From: Myxococcota bacterium
Lineage (GTDB): Bacteria; Myxococcota_A; UBA796; CAJQPC01
Reading direction: 5' to 3'
Length of the DNA stretch: 64,000 nt
Assembly (NCBI GenBank): GCA_036229005.1
Contig: JAZAMN010000032.1
Span: 1-64,000, forward strand
Below, piece after piece: positions 30,344 to 39,470 of this stretch; the stretch's first letter is position 1; each line of letters starts with the position of its first letter. The notes under the pieces were generated by a model, which saw nothing but the letters and a program-made list of their open reading frames with translations, did no database searches and was not told where the DNA came from. The translations under genes and the position numbers were made by a program.

Positions 30344-31324
30344 ATGCGCCTCACCGCCTTCGATCCCCCCTCCCTGCGCGCGCTGGAGCACGCCCTCCAC
30401 GCCGGGCGGACCTGCACCCTGGCCACCGATCGACTCCCCCGAAGCTGGCGCAGCTCCCAGATCCTGCCCTGCTTCGATGGGGTCGATGTCCCCTCGCACA
30501 CGATGCAGCGCACCTTGCGCGCGCAGCTCCCACCGACGGGCCAACAGGGCAAGAAGGGGCCGCGGGTGACCGCCGTGATCCCCACCCACCGCCAGACCCC
30601 AGTGGGGCTCCAGGCGCTGCGGGACCAGGACCTCCCGGTCGAGGTGCTCGTGCTCGCGAACGGCCCGGTGGCCCCCCAAGGCGACCGCGTGCTCCGCGTG
30701 CCCTGGCTGGGCCACGGCCCCACCCGCCAGGCGGCCCTGGAGCACATCGACAGCGAGTACCTGCTGTTCACGGTGGACGACGCGCTCCCTCGGGGGCGGG
30801 GCTGCGTACGCGCGTTGATCCAGGCCCTCGAAGACGGCGGCTACGACGCGGTGACCGGCCGGCAGGTGCCCTGGCCCACGGCGGATCCCCTGACCCGACG
30901 GCGGCTGGCCCAGTGGACGCCCTTTGGGACGCAGCACAGCCCGCGGCCCTGGAGCGATCACGTGTTCACCCTGCTGCGCACCGAGACCCTGCGCGCGCAC
31001 CCGCTGCCCTCTGTCCCCATCGGCGAGGACATGCTCTGGTCGCGCGGCAAGCGCATCGGCTACGCGCCCCAGGCGCCGGTGATCCACTCCCACGTCCGGG
31101 ATCCCAAGGCGCTCTACCAGCGCACCCGGGACCTGCACCTGCAGCACCAGCTCGCGGGGGATGCAGCGACCGTGCCCAGCCTGTCCGCGCTGGTCGCTGC
31201 GCTGCCCGGGACCCTGCGTCCGACCCTGGAGGGGGGCCCTGGAGAGTTCATGTGTCAGCTCGCGGAGCTGGCCGGACAGCTCCGGGCGAGCCAGCTCAGC
31301 GGGAGGCGGCAGCGTGAGGACTGA
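30344..31324 (+). CDS. Glycosyltransferase family 2 (rhamnosyltransferase-like)
   Basis: VTAVIPT, GHGPTRQ, LFTVDDA, GEDMLW and VIHSH motifs. Confidence 0.8.
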   Translation: MRLTAFDPPSLRALEHALHAGRTCTLATDRLPRSWRSSQILPCFDGVDVPSHTMQRTLRAQLPPTGQQGKKGPRVTAVIPTHRQTPVGLQALRDQDLPVEVLVLANGPVAPQGDRVLRVPWLGHGPTRQAALEHIDSEYLLFTVDDALPRGRGCVRALIQALEDGGYDAVTGRQVPWPTADPLTRRRLAQWTPFGTQHSPRPWSDHVFTLLRTETLRAHPLPSVPIGEDMLWSRGKRIGYAPQAPVIHSHVRDPKALYQRTRDLHLQHQLAGDAATVPSLSALVAALPGTLRPTLEGGPGEFMCQLAELAGQLRASQLSGRRQRED

Positions 31325-32090
31325 GGCCTTCTACCTGCCGGTGGGTGCGGGCTTCTCGCCCACGCCCTCGACCACGGGCCCCTGGTCCCCGGAGCACCAG
31401 CACGGCGGCCCCCCCTGCGCGCTGCTGACCGGCGCCCTGCAACGGGCGGTGCCCCCCGCGTTCCGCCTGGCCCGCGTCACCGCGAACTTCCTGCGGGCGG
31501 TCCCCCTGGCCGAGCTGCGGGTGGAGACCCACTGCATCAAGGCCGGGCGCAGCACCCAGCGCTGGCGGGCGGTCCTGCACGCCGACCGGCCCGTCCTGGA
31601 GATGGAGGGCCTCTTTGTGCGGGCCAGCGATGGGATGGCCGACCTGGACAGCACGGCTGGACCGGAGTGGGCCGCGCCGGAGTCGGTGGCGCCCTTCACT
31701 TTCCCCTTCTTCCAGACGGAGCACGGCTACCACCGGGCGGTGGACCTGCGCTTCTGGGAGCAGCCCTGGGGCCCGCCCCGGGTGCGGGTCTGGGCCCGCC
31801 CGCTGCAACCCTTGGTCGCCGGCTGGGAAGACAGCCCCGAGCAGCGCGTGGTCCTGCTCACCGACGCCCAATCGGGCATGGCCCCGCCCCTGGACCCCCT
31901 GCGCTTCAACTACGCCAACCCCGACCTGAGCCTGGCCTTCACCCGGCGTCCCCAGGGCGAGTGGGTGGGGCTGGACATCCAGGCCCAGGTGGGCCCCGAG
32001 GGCATCGGGCTGGCCCACAGCCGCCTGCGGGATCTGCGGGGTGCGGTGGGGGTCGCGGAGCAGAGCTTGATCGTGCGGGCGCGCAAGTAG
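31314..32090 (+). CDS. Acyl-CoA thioesterase-like (TesB/4HBT_3) protein
   Basis: GPWSPEHQHGGPP, FLRAVP, N.DLSL...R.P.GEW and GIGLAHSRL motifs. Confidence 0.85.
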   Translation: MRTEAFYLPVGAGFSPTPSTTGPWSPEHQHGGPPCALLTGALQRAVPPAFRLARVTANFLRAVPLAELRVETHCIKAGRSTQRWRAVLHADRPVLEMEGLFVRASDGMADLDSTAGPEWAAPESVAPFTFPFFQTEHGYHRAVDLRFWEQPWGPPRVRVWARPLQPLVAGWEDSPEQRVVLLTDAQSGMAPPLDPLRFNYANPDLSLAFTRRPQGEWVGLDIQAQVGPEGIGLAHSRLRDLRGAVGVAEQSLIVRARK

Positions 32091-32348
32091 GGGCGAACGC
32101 ATCGGGCGGCGCGCAAGTCCGGGCGAACGCAACGGGGCGGCGCGCAAGTCCGGGCGAACGCAACAAACGCCTCCCTCTCCGGCCCCATCGAGCCCGGCGA
32201 TGTTGCGTTCAGAGCCGCTTGCGCAGGCCGTCGTTGCGTTCACAGCCACTTACGCAGTGCGGTGTTGCGTTCACAGCCACTTACGCAGTGCGGTGTTGCG
32301 TTCACAGCCCCTTGCGCAGCGCTGTGTTGCGTTCAGGGCCGCTTGCGC
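32081..32348. repeat. REP-like head-to-head repeat array A: 3 forward and 5 inverted 23-bp units around a 37-bp core
   Basis: Consensus GCGCAAG-N7-GAACGCAAC at 32081, 32111 and 32142; reverse complement at 32202, 32233, 32264, 32295 and 32326. Confidence 0.92.
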
Positions 32349-33138
32349 CGACTCGCCAGCGCACACTCCGGCTCCAGGGCCCCGGCCCCGAGGGAATTCC
32401 CGGAAAGCGCGGGTCTCCAGCCAGCCTGGCGACCAGCCGCAGAGCCTCGGGCGGGGCGCTCGACGTCCGCGACACGCTCCCCCGGTGTACGCCCACAAAG
32501 TCCGCGACCTGTACCGGGCTGACCTCTGCCAGCGCCAGCGCGGACTGGATGAACAGGGTGCGCGACGGCCCGCGCTGGGTCTGCTCCACCATGGGTGCGC
32601 GCAGCGCCTCGGACACCGCGGCCTGGATCTCCAGCAGGGTCGGCACCCCCTGGGACACCGGGAGCAGGGTGCCCTGCTGGTCCACGTGGGCGTCGGCGCT
32701 GGTGTAGCGGTGCAGGGCTTCGGGCTCTCCCACTCGGCGACGCACCGGACGCAGAGTCAGCCCCACCGCGTCCCGGTAGGTGGACCAGGGCCAGCACAGC
32801 GGGTCCTGGACCATGCCGGCGCGGCAGGGGTTCAGGTGGATGTAGCGCCCTTCCCGCCGCCGCTTCTGGGCATCCGCTGCCCAGCGGGGAGCGGGCACGG
32901 GCTCCAGCACCCGGCCACGCAGCCCCCGCCGGTGGTTCAGGCTGCGGGTGTGGCCGCTCAGCGCGCGCGCCAGCGGCAGCCGCAGGTCGCGCTCGTGCTG
33001 GACGTGGACGTGGTTGGGCATCAGGCAGATGGCCTCCGCTCCGGGGAGCGCGCGGGTGAGTCGAGCCCAGAGAGCAGCGGCCTCCTCCCAAGTCTCGAAG
33101 AGCAGGCCTTGGCGGGTTCTTGCGACGTGGTGGTACAT
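32302..33138 (-). mobile_element. REP-associated tyrosine transposase (RAYT; IS200-like Y1 HUH) with a C-terminal HTH
   Basis: YHHVAR, CLMPNHVH (HUH), YIHLNPCRAG..DP..WPWSTY (catalytic Tyr), and HTH-like PVQVADFVGVHRGSVSR. Start codon uncertain. Confidence 0.88.
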
Positions 33139-33205
33139 GCTGGGGAGCGTCTGCACAGCCCGTGCCGCCTCCAGAATCCGCGTGTGGTCGGCCTCCGCAC
33201 CCAAA

Positions 33206-33247
33206 GGGTGTCGACAATCCGACACCCCCCGTCGGCCCTTCGACACC
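33206..33247. repeat. Hairpins upstream of the RAYT gene (GGTGTCG/CGACACC motif)
   Basis: GGGTGTCG-acaatc-CGACACCC (33206-33227), followed by GTCG-gccctt-CGACACC (33231-33247). Confidence 0.65.
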
Positions 33248-34129
33248 TCAGCCGACGCCCGCCAGTCCCTGGGCCAGGTGCTCCACCAGCGCCTGCACCC
33301 GCGGCGAGCTGCCCCGCCCCGGCGGCAGGATCACGCGCACCGGCGCCGGCGCCCACTGCGCCTCGGGCAGCAGCGCACACAAGCGCCCCGTCGCCAGCTC
33401 CGGGGCCACCAGCCAGCGCGCCAACAGCGCCAGCCCAAAGCCCTGCCGAGCGAAGGCCAGCAGCGCCGCGCTGTTGTCCGCCTGAACCGGGCCGCTCACC
33501 CGCTGATCCCGCCAGCGCCCCTCCCAGCCAAGCCGCCAACTCCCCGGCCCCACGTGGGGGTGCAGCAGGCAGGCGTGGTCGGCGAGCTGCTCGGGCGAGC
33601 TCGGCCGCCCCCGCGCCGCCAGGTACTCCGGCGAGGCCACCAGCACCCGCTCGCTGTGTGCCAGCGTGCGCCCCCGGAAGCTGGAGTCCCGCGGCGCCCC
33701 CACGCGCACGGCCAGGTCCACGCCCTCCCGGATCAGGTCCACGTAGTGGTCCGAGTAGAGCAGTCGCAGCCGCACCCCCGGGTGGGCCCGCAGGAAGGCC
33801 GGCAGCAGCGGCTGGACGTGCAGGCCCCCAAAGACCACCGGCAGGCTCAGGGAGATCTCCCCCTCCAGCGCGCCCCCCCGCGCCGCCTCCTGCGCGCGCT
33901 CCCAGGCCGACAACACACCCCGGGCCTGCTCCAGGAAGGCCTCGCCCTCCGGGGTCAGGCGCTGGCTGCGGGTGCTGCGGTCCAGCAGGCGCGCGCCCAG
34001 CTCGTCCTCCAGCGCGGCCACCCATTTGCTGACGGTGGATTGGCCCACGCCCAGCTCCCGGGCGGCGGCGGAGAAGGAGCCCAACTCCACGCTGCGGGAG
34101 AGGGCTCGGAGGGCGTCGATGCGGTCCAT
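33248..34129 (-). CDS. LysR-family transcriptional regulator (CrgA-like)
   Basis: GSFSAAARELG...VSK.V..LE..LG.RLL.RSTR...LT and DLIREGVDLAVR. Confidence 0.93.
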   Translation of the reverse strand: MDRIDALRALSRSVELGSFSAAARELGVGQSTVSKWVAALEDELGARLLDRSTRSQRLTPEGEAFLEQARGVLSAWERAQEAARGGALEGEISLSLPVVFGGLHVQPLLPAFLRAHPGVRLRLLYSDHYVDLIREGVDLAVRVGAPRDSSFRGRTLAHSERVLVASPEYLAARGRPSSPEQLADHACLLHPHVGPGSWRLGWEGRWRDQRVSGPVQADNSAALLAFARQGFGLALLARWLVAPELATGRLCALLPEAQWAPAPVRVILPPGRGSSPRVQALVEHLAQGLAGVG

Positions 34130-34220
34130 TCAGTCCATTTTGGCACGAATACAAGTCCAAGAAGCCCATTTCCCAGTCCAATCCAGCGAGACACCTTGGG
34201 TGGGAACAAGGAGCTTCGAC

Positions 34221-35087
34221 ATGGAGACTGGACTGAGACTGGGTGTGATGGGACTGGGCGCGATGGGCAGCCGCATGGCCCGCCGCTGGCTTGGGGCTGG
34301 GGCAGCGCTGCGCGTCCACAACCGGAGCCCGCAGCGGGCCGACGCCCTCCTCACCGCCGGGGCCCAGTGGTGCGCGAGCCCCGCAGAGCTGGCCACCACC
34401 AGCGAGGTCATCGTGGAGATCTCCCGCGACGACGCCTCCGCCCGCGCCCTCTGGGAGGCGGCCCTGCCGGGCATCCAGCCCGGCACCTTGGCGATCAGCG
34501 CCAGCACCCTCACCCCCCAGACGTGGCGGGAGCTCGCCGCTTCGCTGCGCGCCCGCGGCGCGGTCCCCCTGGACGCGCCGGTCGTGGGCTCCCGCCCGCA
34601 GGCCGAGGCCGGCGCGCTGGTGCACCTGGTGGGCGGGGACGCCGCGGCGGCGGAGCGTGCCGCGCCCCTGCTCGCGGTGAGCGGAAAGCTGCAGCACCAC
34701 GCCGGCGGCGTGGGCGACGGGATGGCCCTCAAGCTGGCCGTCAACGCCTTCTTTGGCGTCCAGGTGGCCGCCCTCGCCGAGCTGCTGATGGGCCTGGAGC
34801 GGGCGGGGCTGGACAGCCAGTCCTCGCTGGCGCTGCTGGGTGCGCTGCCGGTGACCGCACCAGCGATGAAGGGGTTGGGCCAGCTCATGTTGGAGGCCAA
34901 GGCCCCGCCCCTCTTCCCAATCGAGTTGGTGGCCAAGGACCTGGCCTACGCGGCCGAGCACCTGGGCCCCGCCCCCATGAGCGCCCGCGCGGCGGAGGTC
35001 TACGCGGCGGCCTGTGAAGAGGGCCTGGGCGGGCTGAACATCCAGGGCGTGGTCGAGCGCTACCGGGGAGCCCACAAGTCCTGCTGA
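34221..35087 (+). CDS. NAD(P)-dependent beta-hydroxyacid dehydrogenase (3-hydroxyisobutyrate dehydrogenase family)
   Basis: GLGAMGSRMA, HNRS, LDAPVVGS, LKLAVN and KDL motifs; divergent from the LysR gene; SD AAGGAG. Confidence 0.9.
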   Translation: METGLRLGVMGLGAMGSRMARRWLGAGAALRVHNRSPQRADALLTAGAQWCASPAELATTSEVIVEISRDDASARALWEAALPGIQPGTLAISASTLTPQTWRELAASLRARGAVPLDAPVVGSRPQAEAGALVHLVGGDAAAAERAAPLLAVSGKLQHHAGGVGDGMALKLAVNAFFGVQVAALAELLMGLERAGLDSQSSLALLGALPVTAPAMKGLGQLMLEAKAPPLFPIELVAKDLAYAAEHLGPAPMSARAAEVYAAACEEGLGGLNIQGVVERYRGAHKSC

Positions 35088-35340
35088 ACGCAACAAGCCG
35101 GCGCGCAAGTCCCGCCGAACGCGACAAGCCGGCGCGCAAGTCTCGGTGAACGCAACAAGCCGGCGCGCAAGTCCGGGCGAACGCGACAACTCCCCCGTTC
35201 CACGGCCCCAGCACGCCCGGTGCTGTTGCGTTCAGACCCGCTTGCGCAGCCCGCCGTTGCGTTCAGACCCACTTGCGCAGCCCGCTGTTGCGTTCACACC
35301 CACTTGCGCAAGCCGCCGTTGCGTTCAGACCCGTTCGCGC
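35072..35340. repeat. REP-like head-to-head repeat array B: 4 forward and 4 inverted 23-bp units around a 37-bp core
   Basis: Forward units at 35072, 35103, 35134 and 35165; inverted units at 35225, 35256, 35287 and 35318. Confidence 0.92.
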
Positions 35341-35828
35341 GCCAGCACCCGCTCCCGCAGCGCCGCCAGCCACCCTGCGGCCTCCGCGCTGCCCTCATTG
35401 GGGCAGAAGGGCGCCTGTCGCTTGTGGGTGGTGGCGCTGTAGGGGCCCTCGATGAGCTCGAAGAGCAGCGCCGTCTCGCTCAGACACACCACCGTGTGCC
35501 AGGTGCGCGGTGGAATCTCGACCCCCCGCAGCGGGCCGTCCGCCGAGATCACCGAGACCTGCTCCAGCGCCCCCGCGTCGTCGAAGCGGCAGACGGCGGC
35601 GCGCCCCTCCAGGGCCATGAAGACCTCGACCTTGTCGGGGTCGGCGTGGCGGTGCACGGGCACGTAGGTGTCGCGGGTCAGGGCGTTGAGCATGCGCTGC
35701 AGCAGGTCGCTGTGCTCGTGGTAGCGCAGGATGGCGCGGCCCCGCGGGCTCTTGGCCGCCAGGTCGTGGGCGCGGGCGAACTGCGGGGCGCCGATGGGGC
35801 GCAGGCCGGGGGGAAACTCGGGCTTCAC
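35325..35828 (-). CDS. WbuC-family cupin-fold metalloprotein
   Basis: SPRGR...YH....LQRMLNA...TYVPVHRH...K.E, WHTVV and FELIEGPY motifs. Confidence 0.88.
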   Translation of the reverse strand: MKPEFPPGLRPIGAPQFARAHDLAAKSPRGRAILRYHEHSDLLQRMLNALTRDTYVPVHRHADPDKVEVFMALEGRAAVCRFDDAGALEQVSVISADGPLRGVEIPPRTWHTVVCLSETALLFELIEGPYSATTHKRQAPFCPNEGSAEAAGWLAALRERVLARERV

Positions 35829-35864
35829 GGTGGTCTACACTCGGGGCTGCGCAAGGAGTCTGCC

Positions 35865-36923
35865 ATGCCCACTATCGGCGTGCTCACCAGCGGCGGCGAC
35901 GCCCCCGGCATGAACGCGGCGGTGCACGCCCTGGTCAAGCTGGGCACCCAGCAGGGCGTGGAGATGGTGGGCTTCCAGAACGGCTACACCGGCATGATGG
36001 CCGGCAAGCGCGTGCACCTGCGGCCCGCCGACGTCGACCGCATCGCCCACGAAGGCGGCACCGAGCTGGGCTCCGCCCGCAGCGCCGCGTTCCGCACCCC
36101 CGAGGGCCGGGCCCAGGCCGCGCAGAATGCCGCCGACCTGGACGGGCTCGTGGTCATCGGGGGCAACGGCTCGCTGACCGGCGCGCGCCTGCTGGGGCAG
36201 GAGTCCGGGCTCTGCGTGGTCGGGCTGCCCGCCAGCATCGACAACGACATCGCCTGCACCAGCACAGCCATCGGCGTGGACACCGCCCTGAACACCATCG
36301 TCCAGGCCTGCGACCGGATCTCCGACACCGCCCGGGCCCACCGCCGGGTCTTCGTGGTCGAGGTGATGGGGCGGGACTGCGGCTACCTGGCCATGGCCTC
36401 CGCGGTGGCTGCGCGGGCGGACGCCTGCCTCTTCCGCGAGTCCGGCAAGGACGAGGACACCCTGGTCGCCGAGCTGGAGCAGGTCATCCTGCGCGGCCTG
36501 GACCCCAGCCGGGGCAAGCGCCGCATCCTGATCCTCAAGGCCGAGGGCGTGCAGGCCTCCACCGCCGCCCTGACCGCGCGCCTGCAGGCCACCATGGACC
36601 GGGAGCTGCCCGGCGTGAGCGTGCGGGCCACCGTGCTGGGGCACTTGGTGCGCGGCGGGCGCCCCTCCTACCAGGACCGGGCGATCTCGGGGCGGCTGGC
36701 GGTGCAGGCGCTCCAGTCTGTCCTCGCTGGCACCGGGGGTGTGATGATGGGGTGGCTGCCCTGGAACACCCAAGGCGGTGTGCCCACGTCTGACCCAGCG
36801 GTCTGGTCCTTCCCCTTTGAGACCGTCGAGGCCCGCACCGCCGAGCTGCTGGACGGCAGCCACCCCACCACCCGCCGCCGCGTGCGCATGATGGAGCAGG
36901 TCTCCGGGGTGCTGTCGCTGTGA
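35865..36923 (+). CDS. pfkA: ATP-dependent 6-phosphofructokinase
   Basis: VLTSGGDAPGMNAA, GGT.LGSAR, IGGNGS, PASIDND, VEVMGRDCG and VLGHLVRGG motifs; SD AAGGAG. Confidence 0.93.
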   Translation: MPTIGVLTSGGDAPGMNAAVHALVKLGTQQGVEMVGFQNGYTGMMAGKRVHLRPADVDRIAHEGGTELGSARSAAFRTPEGRAQAAQNAADLDGLVVIGGNGSLTGARLLGQESGLCVVGLPASIDNDIACTSTAIGVDTALNTIVQACDRISDTARAHRRVFVVEVMGRDCGYLAMASAVAARADACLFRESGKDEDTLVAELEQVILRGLDPSRGKRRILILKAEGVQASTAALTARLQATMDRELPGVSVRATVLGHLVRGGRPSYQDRAISGRLAVQALQSVLAGTGGVMMGWLPWNTQGGVPTSDPAVWSFPFETVEARTAELLDGSHPTTRRRVRMMEQVSGVLSL

Positions 36924-37228
36924 AGCAGGTCCCCGCCGCCTGCCCCCACCTGGTCCTGCTCTGCGGAATGGAGCGCGGGCCGGGCGCCCAGAATCCTTCG
37001 TGCGGACCGCTGGGGAGCGAGGATCTACGCCGATTCCTCAAGAGTGAGCTCAAGGCACGCGGGCTGTGGCGCAAGCAGATCCGGGTGGCCACGGTCGACT
37101 GTCTGGGCATCTGCTCGGGGCAGGGGGTGAGCCTGCAGCTCCCGGGACAGGACGGCGTCTACATCGTCGACCCGCAGAAGGACCGGGAGCAGGTGCTGGC
37201 CGAGATCCTGGGGCTGCTCGGTGCTTGA
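36920..37228 (+). CDS. Thioredoxin-like [2Fe-2S] ferredoxin
   Basis: HLVLLC...SC...DCLGIC cysteine pattern. Confidence 0.75.
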   Translation: MKQVPAACPHLVLLCGMERGPGAQNPSCGPLGSEDLRRFLKSELKARGLWRKQIRVATVDCLGICSGQGVSLQLPGQDGVYIVDPQKDREQVLAEILGLLGA

Positions 37229-38036
37229 GCGCCTGCGCGACCCCCTGGGATTTGGCCGCCCCGGCTTTGAGCGGCACGCCCGACGCTTTGACCCGCTCCT
37301 CCGCATGGACGGCCAGCGCGTGCTCATCACGGGCGCCAGCAAGGGGCTGGGACTGGCCGCCCGCCGCGCGTGCGAATCCCTGGGCGCCACCGTGCTCGAC
37401 GCCTCCCGCAGCAGCGGCTGGGACCTGACGGACCCCGAGCGGGTGCGCGCCCTGTCGCAAGAACTGGGGCCCGTGGACACGCTGATCCACAACGCCGGCG
37501 TGCTCCCCGGCAGCCTCCAGCGCAGCCCCGAGGGCCTGGAGCTCGCCCTGAGCCTGAACCTGGTCGCCACCCACCGCCTGACCCGGTGGATCCCCGCCCC
37601 CAACGTCATCTGGGTGAGCTCCGGCGGCGGCCTGACCCAGAAGCTGGACGTCGCAGCCACCTTCGACCCGCCCCAGCCCTACGACGGCGTCCAGCAGTAC
37701 GCCCGCACCAAGCGCGCCGAGATCGCGCTCTGCCGCCTGTGGGCCAACTTCGACGTGGACCGCCGCTTCGCCGTGATGCACCCGGGCTGGGCGGACACGC
37801 CGGGGGTGCAGAGCTCCCTCCCGCGCTTCCATCGGCTCACCAAGGGCATGCTGCGCACCCCCGAGCAGGGCGCGGACACCGTGGTCTGGCTCGCCGCGAG
37901 CCTGCCGCTGGGCCAGCTTCCCTCCGGCCGCTTCTGGTTCGACCGCAAGCTCGCCGACCCGCACCCGGTGCCCGGAACGCGCCCGGATCAAGAGCGCATG
38001 GGCGCCCTGTGGAGCCGGCTGGAGGCCCTGCTCTGA
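37221..38036 (+). CDS. Short-chain dehydrogenase/reductase (DHRS12-like)
   Basis: TGASKGLG, HNAG, VSSGG, YARTK and MHPGWADTPG motifs. Confidence 0.88.
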   Translation: MLERLRDPLGFGRPGFERHARRFDPLLRMDGQRVLITGASKGLGLAARRACESLGATVLDASRSSGWDLTDPERVRALSQELGPVDTLIHNAGVLPGSLQRSPEGLELALSLNLVATHRLTRWIPAPNVIWVSSGGGLTQKLDVAATFDPPQPYDGVQQYARTKRAEIALCRLWANFDVDRRFAVMHPGWADTPGVQSSLPRFHRLTKGMLRTPEQGADTVVWLAASLPLGQLPSGRFWFDRKLADPHPVPGTRPDQERMGALWSRLEALL

Positions 38037-38040
38037 GTCC

Positions 38041-38574
38041 CTACTCCTCGGGGTAGGTCTCCGGGAAGACCCAGGTGCCGGAGACGTAGAGCTCGCCGGT
38101 CCAGCCGTCGATGGGGGTGGCCTCCAGGGCGATGCTCCACTCGTCGTAGACCGCGTCGTCGTCCAGCATGGTCGCCTCGAAGGCGCCGTCGCTGTAGAGG
38201 ATCCGGTAGACCTGCGCGACGCCGTTGCCGAGCACGACGCCTCGGAACTCGGACTCCTCGGACAGGGGGAGCTCGCAGGGGTCGCTGTCCTGGATGGCCT
38301 CGTAGAAGTGGTCGCAGAGCGCGCAGGACTTCTGCAGGCCGGAGAGCGTGGCCGAGTCGGTGACCTCGACGCCGGTCTCGATCGAGGTGTCCTCGCAGTC
38401 CCAGCCGTCTCCCCAGGTGTCGTAGCTCCAGGACAGCTCGGCGGTGTACTGGCTCATGTCGGGGATGGGATCCGGATCCGGCTCCTCGGTGTCCTGGGTG
38501 TCCTCGGGCGGCGCGGTGTCGTCGACGGTGACGGTGGACTTGCAGGCCACGAGAGACAGGAGCAAGGCGGTCAT
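38041..38574 (-). CDS. Hypothetical acidic lipoprotein
   Basis: MTALLLSLVAC followed by a D/T/P-rich linker. Confidence 0.72.
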   Translation of the reverse strand: MTALLLSLVACKSTVTVDDTAPPEDTQDTEEPDPDPIPDMSQYTAELSWSYDTWGDGWDCEDTSIETGVEVTDSATLSGLQKSCALCDHFYEAIQDSDPCELPLSEESEFRGVVLGNGVAQVYRILYSDGAFEATMLDDDAVYDEWSIALEATPIDGWTGELYVSGTWVFPETYPEE

Positions 38575-38615
38575 GGGGGCTTCTCTCCAGAGAGGGCCCC
38601 CAACTTAACGAAGAT

Positions 38616-39470
38616 TCACCGGGGGACGCGGCTCCAGTCGACAAAGCCGCGCCCCTTTGCATCCGGCTGACATCGCGGGCAGAAGAAGGCGTCGTGGCCC
38701 CGCACGCCCGCCGCACGAATCGCCGTCCCGCACACCGGACAGGGCTCCCCCTTGCGGTTGCGCACTGCCAGAAAGTCCCGGAGCTTCTCATCCAAGGCCG
38801 GCTTCCTACGCCGAATCTCCGACCGAGCATCCCCCAGCACCTTGACGATGGCGGCGTGCAGCGCGGTCACCTGCTCCGGGCTCAGCTCCGAGACCCGGGC
38901 CTTGGGGTGGATGCCCGCCGCGAACAGCACCTCGTCCGCGTAGGCGTTGCCCATCGCGTCCAGCTTGGACTTGTCCATCAAGAAGAGCTTGACCTGCCGG
39001 CGCTCCTTGGCCGCCAGGGCCTGCAGCTTGTCCACCGTGAACGCCTTGCCCAGCACGTTGACGCCGATCTTGGCGAAGCCCGGGATCTCCTTGAGCTGCT
39101 CCCGCGGGCACAGGTAGACCTTGCCCATCTGCACGTCGTCCCGGTAGCGCAGCTCCAGCGCCTCAAAGCCCACCCTCAGCGCCACGTCCTTGCGGATCCG
39201 CCCCTTGGTCGGCGCCTCCAGCAGCGCAAAGCGCCCGGCCAGCATCGGCGAGACCACCACGTCCACCGGCCCATCCAGCCCAAAGTGCACAAAGTGCGCC
39301 CGCCGCTTGATCGCCTGGACCGTGGCGCCCTCCAGCAGCGCCTGGGGCGTGCCCGGCGCCATCTGCCGCAGCACCACCGGGTTGCGCAGGTCCACCAACC
39401 CCACCCGCTGCCCCTTGAGGGCCCGCTGCAGCTTGGGGACCACGTACTCCAGATCGGGACGCTCAGGCAT
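38616..39470 (-). CDS. Fpg/Nei-family DNA glycosylase
   Basis: N-terminal PE (MPERPDLE), H2TH GNAYADEVLF.AGIHP, and zinc finger CPVC...CPRCQ. Confidence 0.9.
   Translation of the reverse strand: MPERPDLEYVVPKLQRALKGQRVGLVDLRNPVVLRQMAPGTPQALLEGATVQAIKRRAHFVHFGLDGPVDVVVSPMLAGRFALLEAPTKGRIRKDVALRVGFEALELRYRDDVQMGKVYLCPREQLKEIPGFAKIGVNVLGKAFTVDKLQALAAKERRQVKLFLMDKSKLDAMGNAYADEVLFAAGIHPKARVSELSPEQVTALHAAIVKVLGDARSEIRRRKPALDEKLRDFLAVRNRKGEPCPVCGTAIRAAGVRGHDAFFCPRCQPDAKGRGFVDWSRVPR

Noticed and set aside
34141..34156. TGGCAC as a sigma54 promoter (also at 59102 and about 43588 on the minus strand)
   Set aside because: There is no TTGC at the -12 position.
32081..35340. Repeat arrays as CRISPR or TIGR-like guide arrays
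   Set aside because: The variable parts are only 7-8 bp and similar within each arm, the orientation flips mid-array, and no cas or Nop-domain gene is present. The adjacent RAYT explains them better.
35060..35442. Small ORFs encoded by the repeat arrays (VAFxxTCA / LLRSxPLAQ peptides)
   Set aside because: The 31-bp period is not a multiple of 3, so these peptides are by-products of a DNA-level repeat.
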